From contig JAVBPX010000006.1 in assembly GCA_031549365.1 (NCBI GenBank), positions 1 through 54,153 on the forward strand: DNA of 54,153 nt. Direction: 5' to 3'. Of the stretch, positions 37,421 to 47,995 are shown in pieces (positions within the stretch are counted from its first letter, which is position 1; each line of letters begins with the position of its first letter). The DNA comes from Alphaproteobacteria bacterium. GTDB lineage: Bacteria; Pseudomonadota; Alphaproteobacteria; Rs-D84. Under the pieces are notes generated by a model, which was not told where the DNA came from, ran no database searches, and saw nothing but the letters and a program-made list of their open reading frames with translations. The position numbers and the translations under genes are program-made.

Positions 37421-38878
37421 ATGAAAAAATATGGTTTGATTTTGGCTGTTTTAGCGGTGGGTGCCTGTCAATCAACATCTGCAAAACAAGATCAGTCAAT
37501 TGATCCAAAGGATACACCGACTGTTGCGTTTATTGAAACGCTGGATGTTTATTCGGCCCCGCACAAGGATTCTTTTTTGAATCAGTTGGCTATGAATTAC
37601 CGCTCGTATGCATTATATAATCAATATGTTGTGTTGGACGCAACGATGTCTGAACGTTTTGCGCAAAAAGCTGTGGTCGCTTTTTCGGGCGAGGTTCCAA
37701 TGCCGGAATCAATGGCTGCGTGGCCGGTTGCTGATAACAAAATTGTTGAATTAACACAGGCTTGCGATTCATTGATTGATGTTTTACGCAAAGACGCAAG
37801 TTACAAATACCCTGGTTTGGCCGCCGAAGCGCAATCAAAGTTTGATTGTTGGTTGACTGCGGAATCAATTGGTAATGATCAGCAAACAGCCATGGAATGC
37901 AAGGATCGTTTCATGAGTGCAATGGATGCATTGTTAAATAATATGGAAAGCAACAAGGGTAAAAAGCCAGCCAAGGACCCAATGTATGCAAAGACCAAAG
38001 AACCAAAACGTCAGGCAATATTGCCAGATACAAGAAGTTTGGATTCTATGAATTATTCGGGGCGCGCGCGTGAAAGTATTGTTATTGTCAATAATATTAA
38101 TGTGCCTGAAAATTTGATTAAACCACAGCCTGTGCCGCCGATTGTTTTCGAACAAAACATTATTAACAATGCGAAAACAAATGTTACTTGTGGCCCAAAT
38201 GGCGAGGGTTGTCCAATGCCGGAACCAGTTCAACCACGTGAGGTTTATATTCAGCCTGATTTGTCTGGTTTGACCGATGGAATGGTCAGCCGCGATGAAT
38301 TTATCAATATGATGATGGCGTTGCGTCAAGAATTGGCCGATATTAATTCCAAGGTTGATAATTTAGGGGCCGAAACTGCAATGACATTAAAGGTTCAACA
38401 AATCCCAACAATGTTGGAACCAAAGCAGCATATTATGGAAGAAATATTCGAAGTTCACTTTGATTTCGATAAATCAAAAATTAAACCAGAATACGAAGAT
38501 GTAATTCACAAATTGGCTGCAACAACCCAGGCAAACAAAAATGTAAAGGTTTCTGTGGTTGGGCATACCGATACTGTTGGCGGTAAAGACTATAATTTTG
38601 CATTGGGTGGACGTCGTGCCGAAGAAGTGCAAAAAATGTTGGTAAAATACGGTATTCCAAAGGACCAGATTGTTGTTGTATCCGCTGGTAAAAATGATAA
38701 CAAAGTTCCAACAGGGGATGGAGTTAAAAATGCAGACAATCGTCGTGTTCGCGTGGTCAAGGAAGTTCATTATACAGAACAGCCAAAACCAGCAGAACCA
38801 CGTGATTTGCAGGTTTATGTAACGTCGGATCCAAGAGGGCAGATGGAACCAGAAGTTGTGGTTGAAGTTGTTGAGTAA
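37421..38878 (+). CDS. OmpA-domain (PG-binding) lipoprotein
   Basis: Lipobox VGAC; AQSKFDCW; VHFDFDKS, VGHTDTVG, NFALG.RRA, NRRV. Confidence 0.88.
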   Translation: MKKYGLILAVLAVGACQSTSAKQDQSIDPKDTPTVAFIETLDVYSAPHKDSFLNQLAMNYRSYALYNQYVVLDATMSERFAQKAVVAFSGEVPMPESMAAWPVADNKIVELTQACDSLIDVLRKDASYKYPGLAAEAQSKFDCWLTAESIGNDQQTAMECKDRFMSAMDALLNNMESNKGKKPAKDPMYAKTKEPKRQAILPDTRSLDSMNYSGRARESIVIVNNINVPENLIKPQPVPPIVFEQNIINNAKTNVTCGPNGEGCPMPEPVQPREVYIQPDLSGLTDGMVSRDEFINMMMALRQELADINSKVDNLGAETAMTLKVQQIPTMLEPKQHIMEEIFEVHFDFDKSKIKPEYEDVIHKLAATTQANKNVKVSVVGHTDTVGGKDYNFALGGRRAEEVQKMLVKYGIPKDQIVVVSAGKNDNKVPTGDGVKNADNRRVRVVKEVHYTEQPKPAEPRDLQVYVTSDPRGQMEPEVVVEVVE

Positions 38879-38937
38879 AAACTTCTTGACAAAATGGAAC
38901 AATATGTTTATTATTTGTTAACAAAAGAGGTAGAACA

Positions 38938-39177
38938 ATGCCAAAAGATTTAAAAAAAGCTGCTGGAAAGCTGATTTTGAAGAAAGATAAAGTTGTGGCT
39001 GATAAGGGTTTGAAGGCTGCGGCGGGTAGATTATATGCAAAAACAGAACACAGTAACCGTGGAAGAGTTGATGGCAAGGGGAATCCAGTTAAGACTCTGG
39101 ATTTTGGTGCTTTGACCCAATCTGGCTTGAAAGCGGCAGAAGTTGTTGGTAAAGTTTTGGAAAAAGGCAAAGAATAA
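38938..39177 (+). CDS. Small basic hypothetical protein
   Basis: GAGG SD, own TTGACA promoter, terminator at 39191-39218; repeated LK(K)AA. Confidence 0.7.
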   Translation: MPKDLKKAAGKLILKKDKVVADKGLKAAAGRLYAKTEHSNRGRVDGKGNPVKTLDFGALTQSGLKAAEVVGKVLEKGKE

Positions 39178-39220
39178 TACATTGGATTTGTCCCCGAGTT
39201 TTTATCTCGGGGATTTTTCA

Positions 39221-39308
39221 TTGCTTTTTTTTGTATTTTTTGATATAATGGTATAGTTATCCCGATTTGGGATTTTTTTATTGTCCGGCGTTTCGCCGGA
39301 TTTTTTAA
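39221..39308 (+). promoter_or_regulatory. TTGCT-N-TATAAT promoter and two-hairpin leader of Mtd_N gene 3
   Basis: ttgctt..tataat; atccc-gattt-gggat-Tn; tccggcg-ttt-cgccgga-T6. Confidence 0.6.
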
Positions 39309-39336
39309 TTGATCAATTAGATATACAGGAGTTTTT

Positions 39337-40116
39337 ATGGCAAGAATAGTTCAACAGAGAAGGGGAAATTCAAATTCCCATAAAATATATACAGGAATGG
39401 ACGGCGAAATTACGGTTGATACAACAGACCGCACAGTTGTTGTGCATGATCAACAAACTGCGGGTGGATTTCCATTGGCGCGTGCAGATTTATCAAATGT
39501 TTCGGACGATGTTTTATCGAGCCGAATTTGCGATATGGGGACAGGGGTTGTTGATGTGGCGACGACGGATGTGTTCGGCACAGTTAAATTGGCAGAGATT
39601 GGAGATATAACATCGGAAAATTGTGTTGTTACGTCGGCTGGTTTGGGAAATGCAATTTCAAATTTGGTTGGTGTTAATTTAAATAATGTGCCGGATGAAG
39701 ATTGGAATGCGCTGTTTGCAAAATTTGGTTTGGCACCGATGCGGTTTAAACAGAGTTCTGAAATTGAAATGTTTGCAGGATCGGCAATGGCGCATATTTT
39801 TGGAGTGCGGGGTTCATTGTTTCAAGATATAAATCGTGTTCGTGCGGATGCAATATTGGTTTGTAAAACAGCCGAGGGTGGTTACGAAGCAGGAGATCGT
39901 TGTTATACGTTTGGTGTTCGTATTGATACGACAACTAATGTTAATTTGGCGCCGAATGTTATGGTTCGTTCTGATTCTCTGGGTGATTATATTCAATTGA
40001 ATATTGGTCCAGCCAGTGGTGCAAATACGGGTTTAATCGGACAATTGCGCGATGGCCCAGGGGTATTTAACATAACGTTAAATAAATGGAGATTAGTATT
40101 CAGGGTTTGGTATTAA
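39337..40116 (+). CDS. Phage tail-fibre-like protein 3 (Mtd_N N-terminus)
   Basis: QQRRG..GEITVDTT.RTVVVHD..AGGFPLARADLSN; ATTDVFGTVKLA fibre repeat; L.CKTAEGGY..GD..KWRL...W fibre C-domain. Confidence 0.8.
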   Translation: MARIVQQRRGNSNSHKIYTGMDGEITVDTTDRTVVVHDQQTAGGFPLARADLSNVSDDVLSSRICDMGTGVVDVATTDVFGTVKLAEIGDITSENCVVTSAGLGNAISNLVGVNLNNVPDEDWNALFAKFGLAPMRFKQSSEIEMFAGSAMAHIFGVRGSLFQDINRVRADAILVCKTAEGGYEAGDRCYTFGVRIDTTTNVNLAPNVMVRSDSLGDYIQLNIGPASGANTGLIGQLRDGPGVFNITLNKWRLVFRVWY

Positions 40117-40180
40117 TTTTTAAACCATTGAAAATACTTACTATGGTGCGTTTTTGAATGGTTTTTGTATTGTGATGCGT

Positions 40181-41137
40181 TTATTTAAACCATTTTAAAA
40201 TGTTTGGGATAAAAAAGAAGCGGAATTTAAATTTCATATATTGATTTTTATTAATCATTTGTATGAAAGCTGCATCTTTTTTATCCAGTTTTTTTAAATC
40301 GATTTTTATTCTGTTTAATGCCAATTTGATTCTGTTAAAACATTCCCAAGAATCGTAGCAAAATTTTGTCGAACTGCGTAACATGCGTATCGGTGGTAAT
40401 ATTTTTTTGTCCCAACCATGTTTTTTATATTCATTCCAAATCATAACGAATAAATTAATCATATCCCAATTATTGGATTTGCGTTGTTTTGTTGTGCGAA
40501 TAATTGATGTTGGTGTTTGACGATAAAAATATGTTCCACCGTGTGTTAATGCGACATTTTTAATTTGAGGCATTAAAATGTAATAAAACCAGGTGTCTTC
40601 GAACTTTTTCCCGACAGGGAATTCCAATTTTAATTTTTTAATGGTTGAACGTTTATATAATTTATTCCAAGCATTTACAACGCCGAAAACATGATAAATT
40701 TTATCCGGAGTCATTTCATATACGCCCGGTTTGTGTTTTAATTCAGGACCAGATTTTGGAATGTGTCCCAAAAAGGGGACGATATTGTCATTAATTGCAA
40801 TATCAACGTTATTTTTTGTGGCAGCATTAACCAAGTCAGATATAAATGTTTTTGAAATATGGTCGTCCGAATCAATAAAATATAACCATTCGCCGGTTGC
40901 GTGTTTCATTCCTGTGTTTCGGGCGCCAGATAATCCCATGTTTTTTTGGCGTATGAATTTTATGCGTTTGTCAGATTTTGCGTATTTTTCGATTATTTTG
41001 TGTTCGTTTTCAGGGCTGCCGTCATCAATAATAATTATTTCCAAATTTTGGTATGTTTGATTAATGACAGAATCCAAGCATTCGGATATATATTTTTCAA
41101 CCCGATATACCGGGATTATGACGGAAACTTTCTGCAT
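40181..41137 (-). CDS. Glycosyltransferase family 2
   Basis: KVSVIIPVY, IDDGS, GLSGARN, FIDSDD, FED; start ATG 41137. Confidence 0.92.
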   Translation of the reverse strand: MQKVSVIIPVYRVEKYISECLDSVINQTYQNLEIIIIDDGSPENEHKIIEKYAKSDKRIKFIRQKNMGLSGARNTGMKHATGEWLYFIDSDDHISKTFISDLVNAATKNNVDIAINDNIVPFLGHIPKSGPELKHKPGVYEMTPDKIYHVFGVVNAWNKLYKRSTIKKLKLEFPVGKKFEDTWFYYILMPQIKNVALTHGGTYFYRQTPTSIIRTTKQRKSNNWDMINLFVMIWNEYKKHGWDKKILPPIRMLRSSTKFCYDSWECFNRIKLALNRIKIDLKKLDKKDAAFIQMINKNQYMKFKFRFFFIPNILKWFK

Positions 41138-41256
41138 TTGGGCCCCCATGGTTATGATCATTATGGATTGTTTGAATTATGTTGTCAAACTTTATTGACT
41201 TTGATTTCTGGTGTGTTAAAATCGCGGCATCATTTAATTAACCAAAGGGGTAAGTA

Positions 41257-42507
41257 ATGTATGTTTTGGCTTTGAATTGTGGAAGCTCGTCACTGAAATA
41301 TCAAGTTTATAACGCGGATGAAAAAACTGTTGCGGCGTCCGGAAATGTTCAAAGAATTGGTGATGACAATTCTTTCGTTTCATATAAACACGGATCGCAC
41401 AAGGGGGAAACACCCGTTGCCTTGCCAAATCATGCGGTTGCATTAAAGCAAGTTATGGATATGTTGATTAATCCAGAAATCGGCGTTTTAAAGAGTTTGT
41501 CTGAAATCAAAGCTGTTGGACATCGTGTTGTCCATGGTGGTGATAAATTTGCATCGTCAGTTGAAATCACAGACGAAGTAATTCAAACGTTGGAAGAATT
41601 ATCATATTTGGCGCCATTACATAATCCAGCCAATGTTGTTGGTATTTTGGCCGCGAAACAAGTATTGCCAGATGTAATTCAGGTTGGTGTATTTGATACG
41701 GCATTCCATCAAACGATGCCTGATTTTGCGTATCGTTATGCTGTGCCAACATCGTGGTATCGTGATTTGGGTGTTCGTCGTTATGGGTTCCATGGGACGT
41801 CGCATTTGTATGTCTCGAAACGTATTGCCGCGCATTTGGGCCGTGATGCCAAAGATTGCAACGTAATTTCATTGCATATTGGTAATGGTGCGTCTGCGTG
41901 TGCTATTAAAAATGGACAATCTGTTGATACTTCGATGGGATTGACGCCGTTGGAAGGTTTAACGATGGGGACTCGTTCAGGAGATTTGGATGCCGCTGTC
42001 CCTTTCATGGTTAAACAAAAATTAAATTTAACAGATGCCGAAGTTTTGGATCAATTAAACAAAAAATCTGGTATTTTGGGAATTACAGAATGTTTTACAG
42101 ATCGTCGTGATGTTCAAGATAACAAAGGCACAGATGATCGTTGTCGTTTGGCTGTTGATATTGAAACATATCGTATAAAAAAACATATTGGTATGTATAT
42201 GGCTGCGTTGGGTCATGTTGATGCGATTGTGTTTACTGCGGGTGCGGGCGAAAATGATTCATTTTTGCGAGAACAAGCAATTCGTGGATTGGAAGAATTG
42301 GGTATCAAAATTGATTTGGCCAAAAACGAAGCCGCATTGGCATTTCGTGGCGTTGGCGAACAGGTAATTTCAACAGATGATTCCAAAGTGTTGGTTATGA
42401 TGATTCCAACAAACGAAGAATTGGTTTTAATCGAAGATACGTTGGCAGTTGCGAATGGAACGTATAATTCGAATCATTTGGAAATGAGTTATTCATTTTT
42501 AAAATAA
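41257..42507 (+). CDS. ackA: Acetate kinase
   Basis: NCGSSSLK, GHRVVHGG, APLHNP, FDTAFH, YGFHGTSH, TSMGLTPLEG, PTNEEL. Confidence 0.97.
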   Translation: MYVLALNCGSSSLKYQVYNADEKTVAASGNVQRIGDDNSFVSYKHGSHKGETPVALPNHAVALKQVMDMLINPEIGVLKSLSEIKAVGHRVVHGGDKFASSVEITDEVIQTLEELSYLAPLHNPANVVGILAAKQVLPDVIQVGVFDTAFHQTMPDFAYRYAVPTSWYRDLGVRRYGFHGTSHLYVSKRIAAHLGRDAKDCNVISLHIGNGASACAIKNGQSVDTSMGLTPLEGLTMGTRSGDLDAAVPFMVKQKLNLTDAEVLDQLNKKSGILGITECFTDRRDVQDNKGTDDRCRLAVDIETYRIKKHIGMYMAALGHVDAIVFTAGAGENDSFLREQAIRGLEELGIKIDLAKNEAALAFRGVGEQVISTDDSKVLVMMIPTNEELVLIEDTLAVANGTYNSNHLEMSYSFLK

Positions 42508-42610
42508 TCAATGAAAACGCGCCCAAGGGCGCGTTTTTAATTTTTTGTTGCGGAACGCGCCATATGCACGCTGGCGTGCAATGAAAAAATTTCAAAACAC
42601 AACTAATATG
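42508..42610 (+). repeat. Degenerate RPE1-like element containing the ackA terminator
   Basis: aaaacgcgccc-aa-gggcgcgtttt then core cgcgccatatgcacgctggcg. Confidence 0.65.
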
Positions 42611-42784
42611 ACAACGCAGCCACCAATCAAAGATTGGATGTGCTATTTCATAAAAACAAATGTTATTCCACATTTTGATTGAGTATTCCTAAACTATGGT
42701 CCTGAAAAATAACGGATTATTTACATTCATCTGATTTTGAACGTTATTTTCTGATATGAAAATTTAAAGATTTTTTTATTTATT

Positions 42785-43426
42785 TTAATTTTTGGATTTG
42801 GGCCAGTATGGATTGTTTTGTTTCATGTATTCAAAATTTTGCATGTGGCCGTGGCCTGGGATTATTAATGTTTTATTATCAAAGTTTTTTGAATGTAATT
42901 TTTCAATTGATTGTTTCATTAAATTATCCGATCCGCCCGGCAAATCCGTACGACCAATCGTGTCTGGGAATAATGTGTCGCCGGATATTAAAATATTTTC
43001 ATCCGCGATATAAAAACACAATCCACCAGGTGTATGTCCAGGGGTTTCAATAATATCGACATCAATATCCAATAACAATTTTTGTTCGCCGGCTGTTAAT
43101 GGGATGGCGGGCGTTTTTGGAATATCAATCATTGTATGACCAGTTGCTGGTAAAAAATCATTGTTGCCGTGTACGATCGACAAATCATTTTCGTTTATAA
43201 ACCATGGGATATTATAAACAGATACCAATTCAGCCACAGCCATAATGTGGTCAAAATGTCCGTGTGTTATATAAATTCCCAGCAAGTTTAAGTCATTTTG
43301 CTTTATAAAATTTGTCCATTGTTGGGCAAAACCGGACGGATCAAACAATATCGCGTCGTTGTCGCGCATGACAAGTATTGAATTTGTTTCCAATGACCCG
43401 GTTGGGATTATTTGCATTTTTATCAT
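42785..43426 (-). CDS. MBL-fold metallo-hydrolase (glyoxalase II/YcbL-like)
   Basis: THGHFDH, TPGHTPG, SGDTLF..IGRTDLPGG, PGHG. Confidence 0.92.
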   Translation of the reverse strand: MIKMQIIPTGSLETNSILVMRDNDAILFDPSGFAQQWTNFIKQNDLNLLGIYITHGHFDHIMAVAELVSVYNIPWFINENDLSIVHGNNDFLPATGHTMIDIPKTPAIPLTAGEQKLLLDIDVDIIETPGHTPGGLCFYIADENILISGDTLFPDTIGRTDLPGGSDNLMKQSIEKLHSKNFDNKTLIIPGHGHMQNFEYMKQNNPYWPKSKN

Positions 43427-43549
43427 TTTGTCATTGTACCAAAAATGGGTTATGTCTGCAACGAATTTAATTCCAGCGGCGCCCAAGAAAGAGTTGCGGG
43501 CGATTTACAATTATGGTAAAATATTGAATATTAGGAAAGGGAGAGTCCG

Positions 43550-45166
43550 TTGAATTTTAAAACATTATTTGCAAGTTTTATGGGTGGAATGGTTTGTTTG
43601 CCTGTGATTGCTGCGGTTAATCGCCCCTGGGGATCGGGTGGCGGTACAACGTCGGCGGCGTCAAATCAGCGTGCCGCATTAATGGGGAATCAGACGACGA
43701 ATACGGCGGCCATAACCACGACAACATTACCGATCGCTGTCCCCGATGCCGAATTGGCGCGCCGTGTTTTGGCCGGTGATAAAACAGTTGGATTTGATGC
43801 CGAAGATTTGAGTATTTGCGGATCGACCTGGCCCAATGGGGAATTTGCTTGGACGAAACCAAATGCTGGAATTTCATCGACCGGGGCATCTGGTTTGGCG
43901 GGTGGTATTCCATCAACGTGTTCGGCTGTTGTTGAATTGCGTGATTCAACCAGCGATGTTTTGTTGGCGACCGCATATGCGCCGATGGGTGGTACAATGG
44001 ATTGCAATATTGATGCATTTCCGACATCTGGATATTTGCCGGCGATTGAAAAGTTTACTTTCCCCAGTGATCGTGAGCCAACCGAGGATGAAGTTATTGA
44101 CCAAATGGATCAAGAACGTCGATCAAATGCAAAAATGAAATTAATTGCAGGTGCGATTGTTGGCGGAATTGGCGCGAATGCGATGACTGCGTCCGATTCT
44201 GGTAAATCCGCGATTTCATTTGCCAAAGGCGACCAACAAAATGCAAAGATTGGAAACACGTTATTGGGTGCTGTTGGGGGCGCTGGGTCAATGTATGCGA
44301 CTTCGCAGATGGGGACTGTGGCTGGGACTGCGACGGAATCCGCGATTATTAATGCCGCGGGCGGTGCTGTTGTTGGAAACATGGCGTCCGGTTTGTATGG
44401 CAATTCAACAAAACCACGAACACGCATGATTGGTGGAGAAGAATATATCGAAGGCGTGATTGTTTCTGGTGGTGAATATAAAGCAAATGTTTATTATGAT
44501 GGAAAATTCACTTATTATGTTTGCCAGGATACTAAAAATGATGATTGTGAACGCAAGGCTGTTACGGGTTTTGTTTCCGATTTGGCACGTGCAACCGAAG
44601 AAACCGAAGACAAAAAAAGTGGTGTTAAGTTGGGTGGTGAATATATGAAATCGCACAAGGCCGAACCAACAGCCATAACTGGTAAATTTAAAATTGAAGA
44701 AACAACAGGGACAACCGATGTTTTAACCAAGGGTGTTGGGTATGTTGATGGCGTGCAAAAACCCGCGATTGCAAAGGTTAATCCAGAATTAAAAGAGTCC
44801 GTTCGTTACAAAGCAAATAATTTGGTATCCATTTACAATATGAATTTAAATGGAACATTGGGTGATGCATTTGAGGGTGAAAAATCATCATTCCGTGCAT
44901 CCAGCCTGTCCGCGTCCGAGGGGCGTTTAATTGATTTTCAAAATGAAGCACGTAACAAAGCAACATTGGTTGGTGCCGGTGCAGGTGCCGGTATCGGTGC
45001 ATTCGCCGGGATTCAGCAAGCAAATGATGAAGTATCACAACGTTATGTTGCATCTGTTCAGCAATACAAAGATTCATTGCGCAAGTTTTATTGCCAATCG
45101 GGGACACGGTTTTTGGGGTATTATAATGAGTTGTTGATCTTCCCCAAACCCGGAAGTAAAAATTAA
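43550..45166 (+). CDS. Exported/membrane hypothetical protein with glycine-zipper segments
   Basis: TTG start with GGGAG SD, signal peptide, several GA..GG..G hydrophobic stretches. Confidence 0.75.
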   Translation: MNFKTLFASFMGGMVCLPVIAAVNRPWGSGGGTTSAASNQRAALMGNQTTNTAAITTTTLPIAVPDAELARRVLAGDKTVGFDAEDLSICGSTWPNGEFAWTKPNAGISSTGASGLAGGIPSTCSAVVELRDSTSDVLLATAYAPMGGTMDCNIDAFPTSGYLPAIEKFTFPSDREPTEDEVIDQMDQERRSNAKMKLIAGAIVGGIGANAMTASDSGKSAISFAKGDQQNAKIGNTLLGAVGGAGSMYATSQMGTVAGTATESAIINAAGGAVVGNMASGLYGNSTKPRTRMIGGEEYIEGVIVSGGEYKANVYYDGKFTYYVCQDTKNDDCERKAVTGFVSDLARATEETEDKKSGVKLGGEYMKSHKAEPTAITGKFKIEETTGTTDVLTKGVGYVDGVQKPAIAKVNPELKESVRYKANNLVSIYNMNLNGTLGDAFEGEKSSFRASSLSASEGRLIDFQNEARNKATLVGAGAGAGIGAFAGIQQANDEVSQRYVASVQQYKDSLRKFYCQSGTRFLGYYNELLIFPKPGSKN

Positions 45167-45285
45167 TGAAAAGCGCAGCATTTGGCTGCGTTTTTCATTT
45201 TTTGCCGCGGCACGTACCAATATGTACGCTGGCGCGCGGTCAAAAAATTTCAAAACACAACCAACTACTACGTTTTAATTGATTT
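45163..45285 (+). repeat. RPE1-like palindromic element
   Basis: Core identical to the accB-accC element. Confidence 0.8.
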
Positions 45286-45373
45286 TTTAATGCTATGATT
45301 CTGATGCGATTTTATAAGTATTAAAAAGTCTTGAAATAAATTCAGAATGACAGTAGTAAAAAATAAATAACCG

Positions 45374-47830
45374 TTAATAAAATCCGCCGACGGTGGCCGC
45401 AGGGGCCGGTGTCGTTGATGGCGATGATGTATTTATATTAACGTTGCGATCCGTTGATGTTGGATTGTTCGACATGTATTTTAATTGTTCCGGTTTAAAT
45501 ACTTCGTTAATAATGGTGCCGCCCATGCCAGGTGTCGCGATTTTGCCGGTTTCGCGTTGTACACGCATGAATGTTAATCCCGCGGGTACAGGGAATGGTT
45601 GGTTGGTTTTTCCAGCCAATGCGGTTGTCATGAATTCTGAAAATACGCGTGCGGCCATGTGGCTGCCCGAACCGGGGCCCAATGTTTTTGGTTGATCAAA
45701 TCCCAAATATACGCCGACGGCCAAATCTTTCGAAAAACCGACGAACCAAACGTCCTTGACATCATTTGTGGTTCCGGTTTTGCCGGCAATTGTGTGGCCT
45801 GGGACGGCGGCCTGTTTACCGGTTCCGCGTTCGACAACACCCTGTAATATTGAAACAACTTGGTACAAGCTGGCTGGGTCGGATAATGGTTCGTTTTGAA
45901 TTTCTATTGATGGTGGTAAATCGCCAGATTCAAATTCATTTGTATTACATTTTTCGCATTCAACGGGACGGTTGTTGAATAAGGTTTTCCCGTCACGATC
46001 CTGGATATAATCGACCAGGGACGATTCAATTCGATGCCCGCCATTTATAAATGCAGAAAATGCCAAAGTCATATTTTCCAATGTTGTTTCGCCGGAACCC
46101 AATGCCAATGACAAATTGATATTTGATAAACTGTCGTTATATACGCCGAATTTTTTTGCTGTGTCGATTACGTTGCGGACACCCAAATCCTGGACCAGGC
46201 GAACAGTTGTAACGTTACGCGATGTTTCGAGCGATAGGCGCAATGGCATTTCGCCCTTGAACTGTTTGTCGTAATTGACTGGTTTCCATAGGGATCCGTC
46301 CTCTTTCTCGCCCACAATCGGGGCGTCCAGAATTAATGTGGTTGGATTATAATTTGCACGTTCCAGAGCGTTTAAATAAATGAATGGTTTTATTGTGGAT
46401 CCAGGTTGGCGTCGAGCCTGGGTCGCGCGATTGAATGATGATTCGTTAAATGAAAATCCGCCCGCAACCGCAACAATACGGCCGGTGTGTGGATTGATGG
46501 CAATCATTCCGCCCTGGATTTTTGGGGATTGGCGCAATGCATATCCGGCACCAGATTTTTCAACAAAAATTACATCGCCACGTTTTACAACGTTTTTTAA
46601 ATCTGTTGGTTGGCTGCCGACGGTTTGGGTTTCAGGATTGTTTTTGCGTGCCCATTTTGATTCGGACAATAATAATTTGTCGGTTGTGCCACTTTCAAAT
46701 CCGATATCTGCAGATTCAGAGCCAACGGATAAAACGATTGCAGGACGCCAAGATTCTGGCATTCCCAATGCACGTTCGGCGCGACGTAATGCGCGGGCCC
46801 AATCGGAATTTTCAGGTTTTGATAAATCGACGCGCGATTCAGGGCCGTGGTATCCACGTTCGCGATCGTAATCCAGGATGCTGCGGCGTAATGCAGTCAT
46901 CGCGGCGATTTGTAATTTTGGGTCCAATGTTGTTTTTATGTACAGGCCATCTTCGTACAATTTTTCACGGCCCAATTGGTCCAGCAAACGGCGGCGAACT
47001 TCTTCGGCAAAATACAGGAAGTCTTCCTTTTGTTGGCCCATGAAATCGTTGTTGATTTTAAGATCCGATTGTTTTGCTTCGTTCGCTTGGTCTGATGTTA
47101 CGTATCCCTCGGACTTCATTCTGTCAATTACCCAATTGCGGCGACCAATTGCGGCATTGTAATTTGTGGTGGGATTATAATTATTTGGAGCCTTGGGTAA
47201 TGATGCCAAGAATGCAGCTTCGGACAAAGTTAATTCATTAACCGGCTTATTAAAATACATCAATGATGCAGCGCCAATTCCGTATGCGCGGGCGCCTAAA
47301 TAAATTTGATTTAAATATAGTGTCATGATGTGTTCTTTGGAAAAAGTGCGTTCCAATTTTAACGCCAGTAACATTTCGCGAATTTTACGAGATATTGATT
47401 GTTCGCGCGACAGGAAGAAGTTTTTTGCAACCTGTTGTGTAATTGTTGATGCGCCTGAAAAGCGAGCCGGTCCGCCCAACATGCGGATTGTGTTATTCAT
47501 CATTGCGCGGGTGATTCCCATAATGTCGATACCAGGGTGGGTCCAGAAATTTTGATCCTCGGCCGCGACAAAGGCGTTAACAACGACCGCAGGAATATCA
47601 TAATATTCAATAAATACACGACGTTCAGCGGCATATTCAATTAATAATGATCCGTCAGCCGCGTATAAACGTGTTGCAATTGGAGGGCGGTATGTGGCCA
47701 GTCCCTGATAATCTGGCAAATCGTTTCCATAACGGATGAAAATTGCAATCAATCCGATTAAACCCACCAATGTTAACCAGAACATGGCGCGGAGAATCCA
47801 ACCGAAAACGAGCATTAGTTTTTGTTTCAT
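45374..47830 (-). CDS. mrcA: Penicillin-binding protein 1A (transglycosylase/transpeptidase)
   Basis: AAEDQNF, GASTITQQVAKN, RKIRE, RQPGSTIKP, SRN, GKTGT. Confidence 0.93.
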   Translation of the reverse strand: MKQKLMLVFGWILRAMFWLTLVGLIGLIAIFIRYGNDLPDYQGLATYRPPIATRLYAADGSLLIEYAAERRVFIEYYDIPAVVVNAFVAAEDQNFWTHPGIDIMGITRAMMNNTIRMLGGPARFSGASTITQQVAKNFFLSREQSISRKIREMLLALKLERTFSKEHIMTLYLNQIYLGARAYGIGAASLMYFNKPVNELTLSEAAFLASLPKAPNNYNPTTNYNAAIGRRNWVIDRMKSEGYVTSDQANEAKQSDLKINNDFMGQQKEDFLYFAEEVRRRLLDQLGREKLYEDGLYIKTTLDPKLQIAAMTALRRSILDYDRERGYHGPESRVDLSKPENSDWARALRRAERALGMPESWRPAIVLSVGSESADIGFESGTTDKLLLSESKWARKNNPETQTVGSQPTDLKNVVKRGDVIFVEKSGAGYALRQSPKIQGGMIAINPHTGRIVAVAGGFSFNESSFNRATQARRQPGSTIKPFIYLNALERANYNPTTLILDAPIVGEKEDGSLWKPVNYDKQFKGEMPLRLSLETSRNVTTVRLVQDLGVRNVIDTAKKFGVYNDSLSNINLSLALGSGETTLENMTLAFSAFINGGHRIESSLVDYIQDRDGKTLFNNRPVECEKCNTNEFESGDLPPSIEIQNEPLSDPASLYQVVSILQGVVERGTGKQAAVPGHTIAGKTGTTNDVKDVWFVGFSKDLAVGVYLGFDQPKTLGPGSGSHMAARVFSEFMTTALAGKTNQPFPVPAGLTFMRVQRETGKIATPGMGGTIINEVFKPEQLKYMSNNPTSTDRNVNINTSSPSTTPAPAATVGGFY

Positions 47831-47995
47831 GGCTGGTATGATAAACGTCGGGTTGTAAAATTACAAGCTATTTTTATTACATCTCTCTCGCCGGGACCGC
47901 ATTATTCTCGGTTCTTTTTATTCGGGTGGGTTTTTGTTGCGGGTTTTAATTTTTATTGCTATAATGCACGGGTAATAAATAAGTGGGAGGGATAA

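Noticed and set aside
19312-40116. Diversity-generating retroelement, suggested by the Mtd-like genes
   Set aside because: No reverse transcriptase, and no TR/VR pair differing only at adenines; only the N-terminal Mtd domain is shared.
9476-45285. Integron attC cassette array
   Set aside because: Elements follow core genes (clpB, rpmA, accB, ackA, tRNA), lack RYYYAAC/GTTRRRY ends, and no integron integrase is present.
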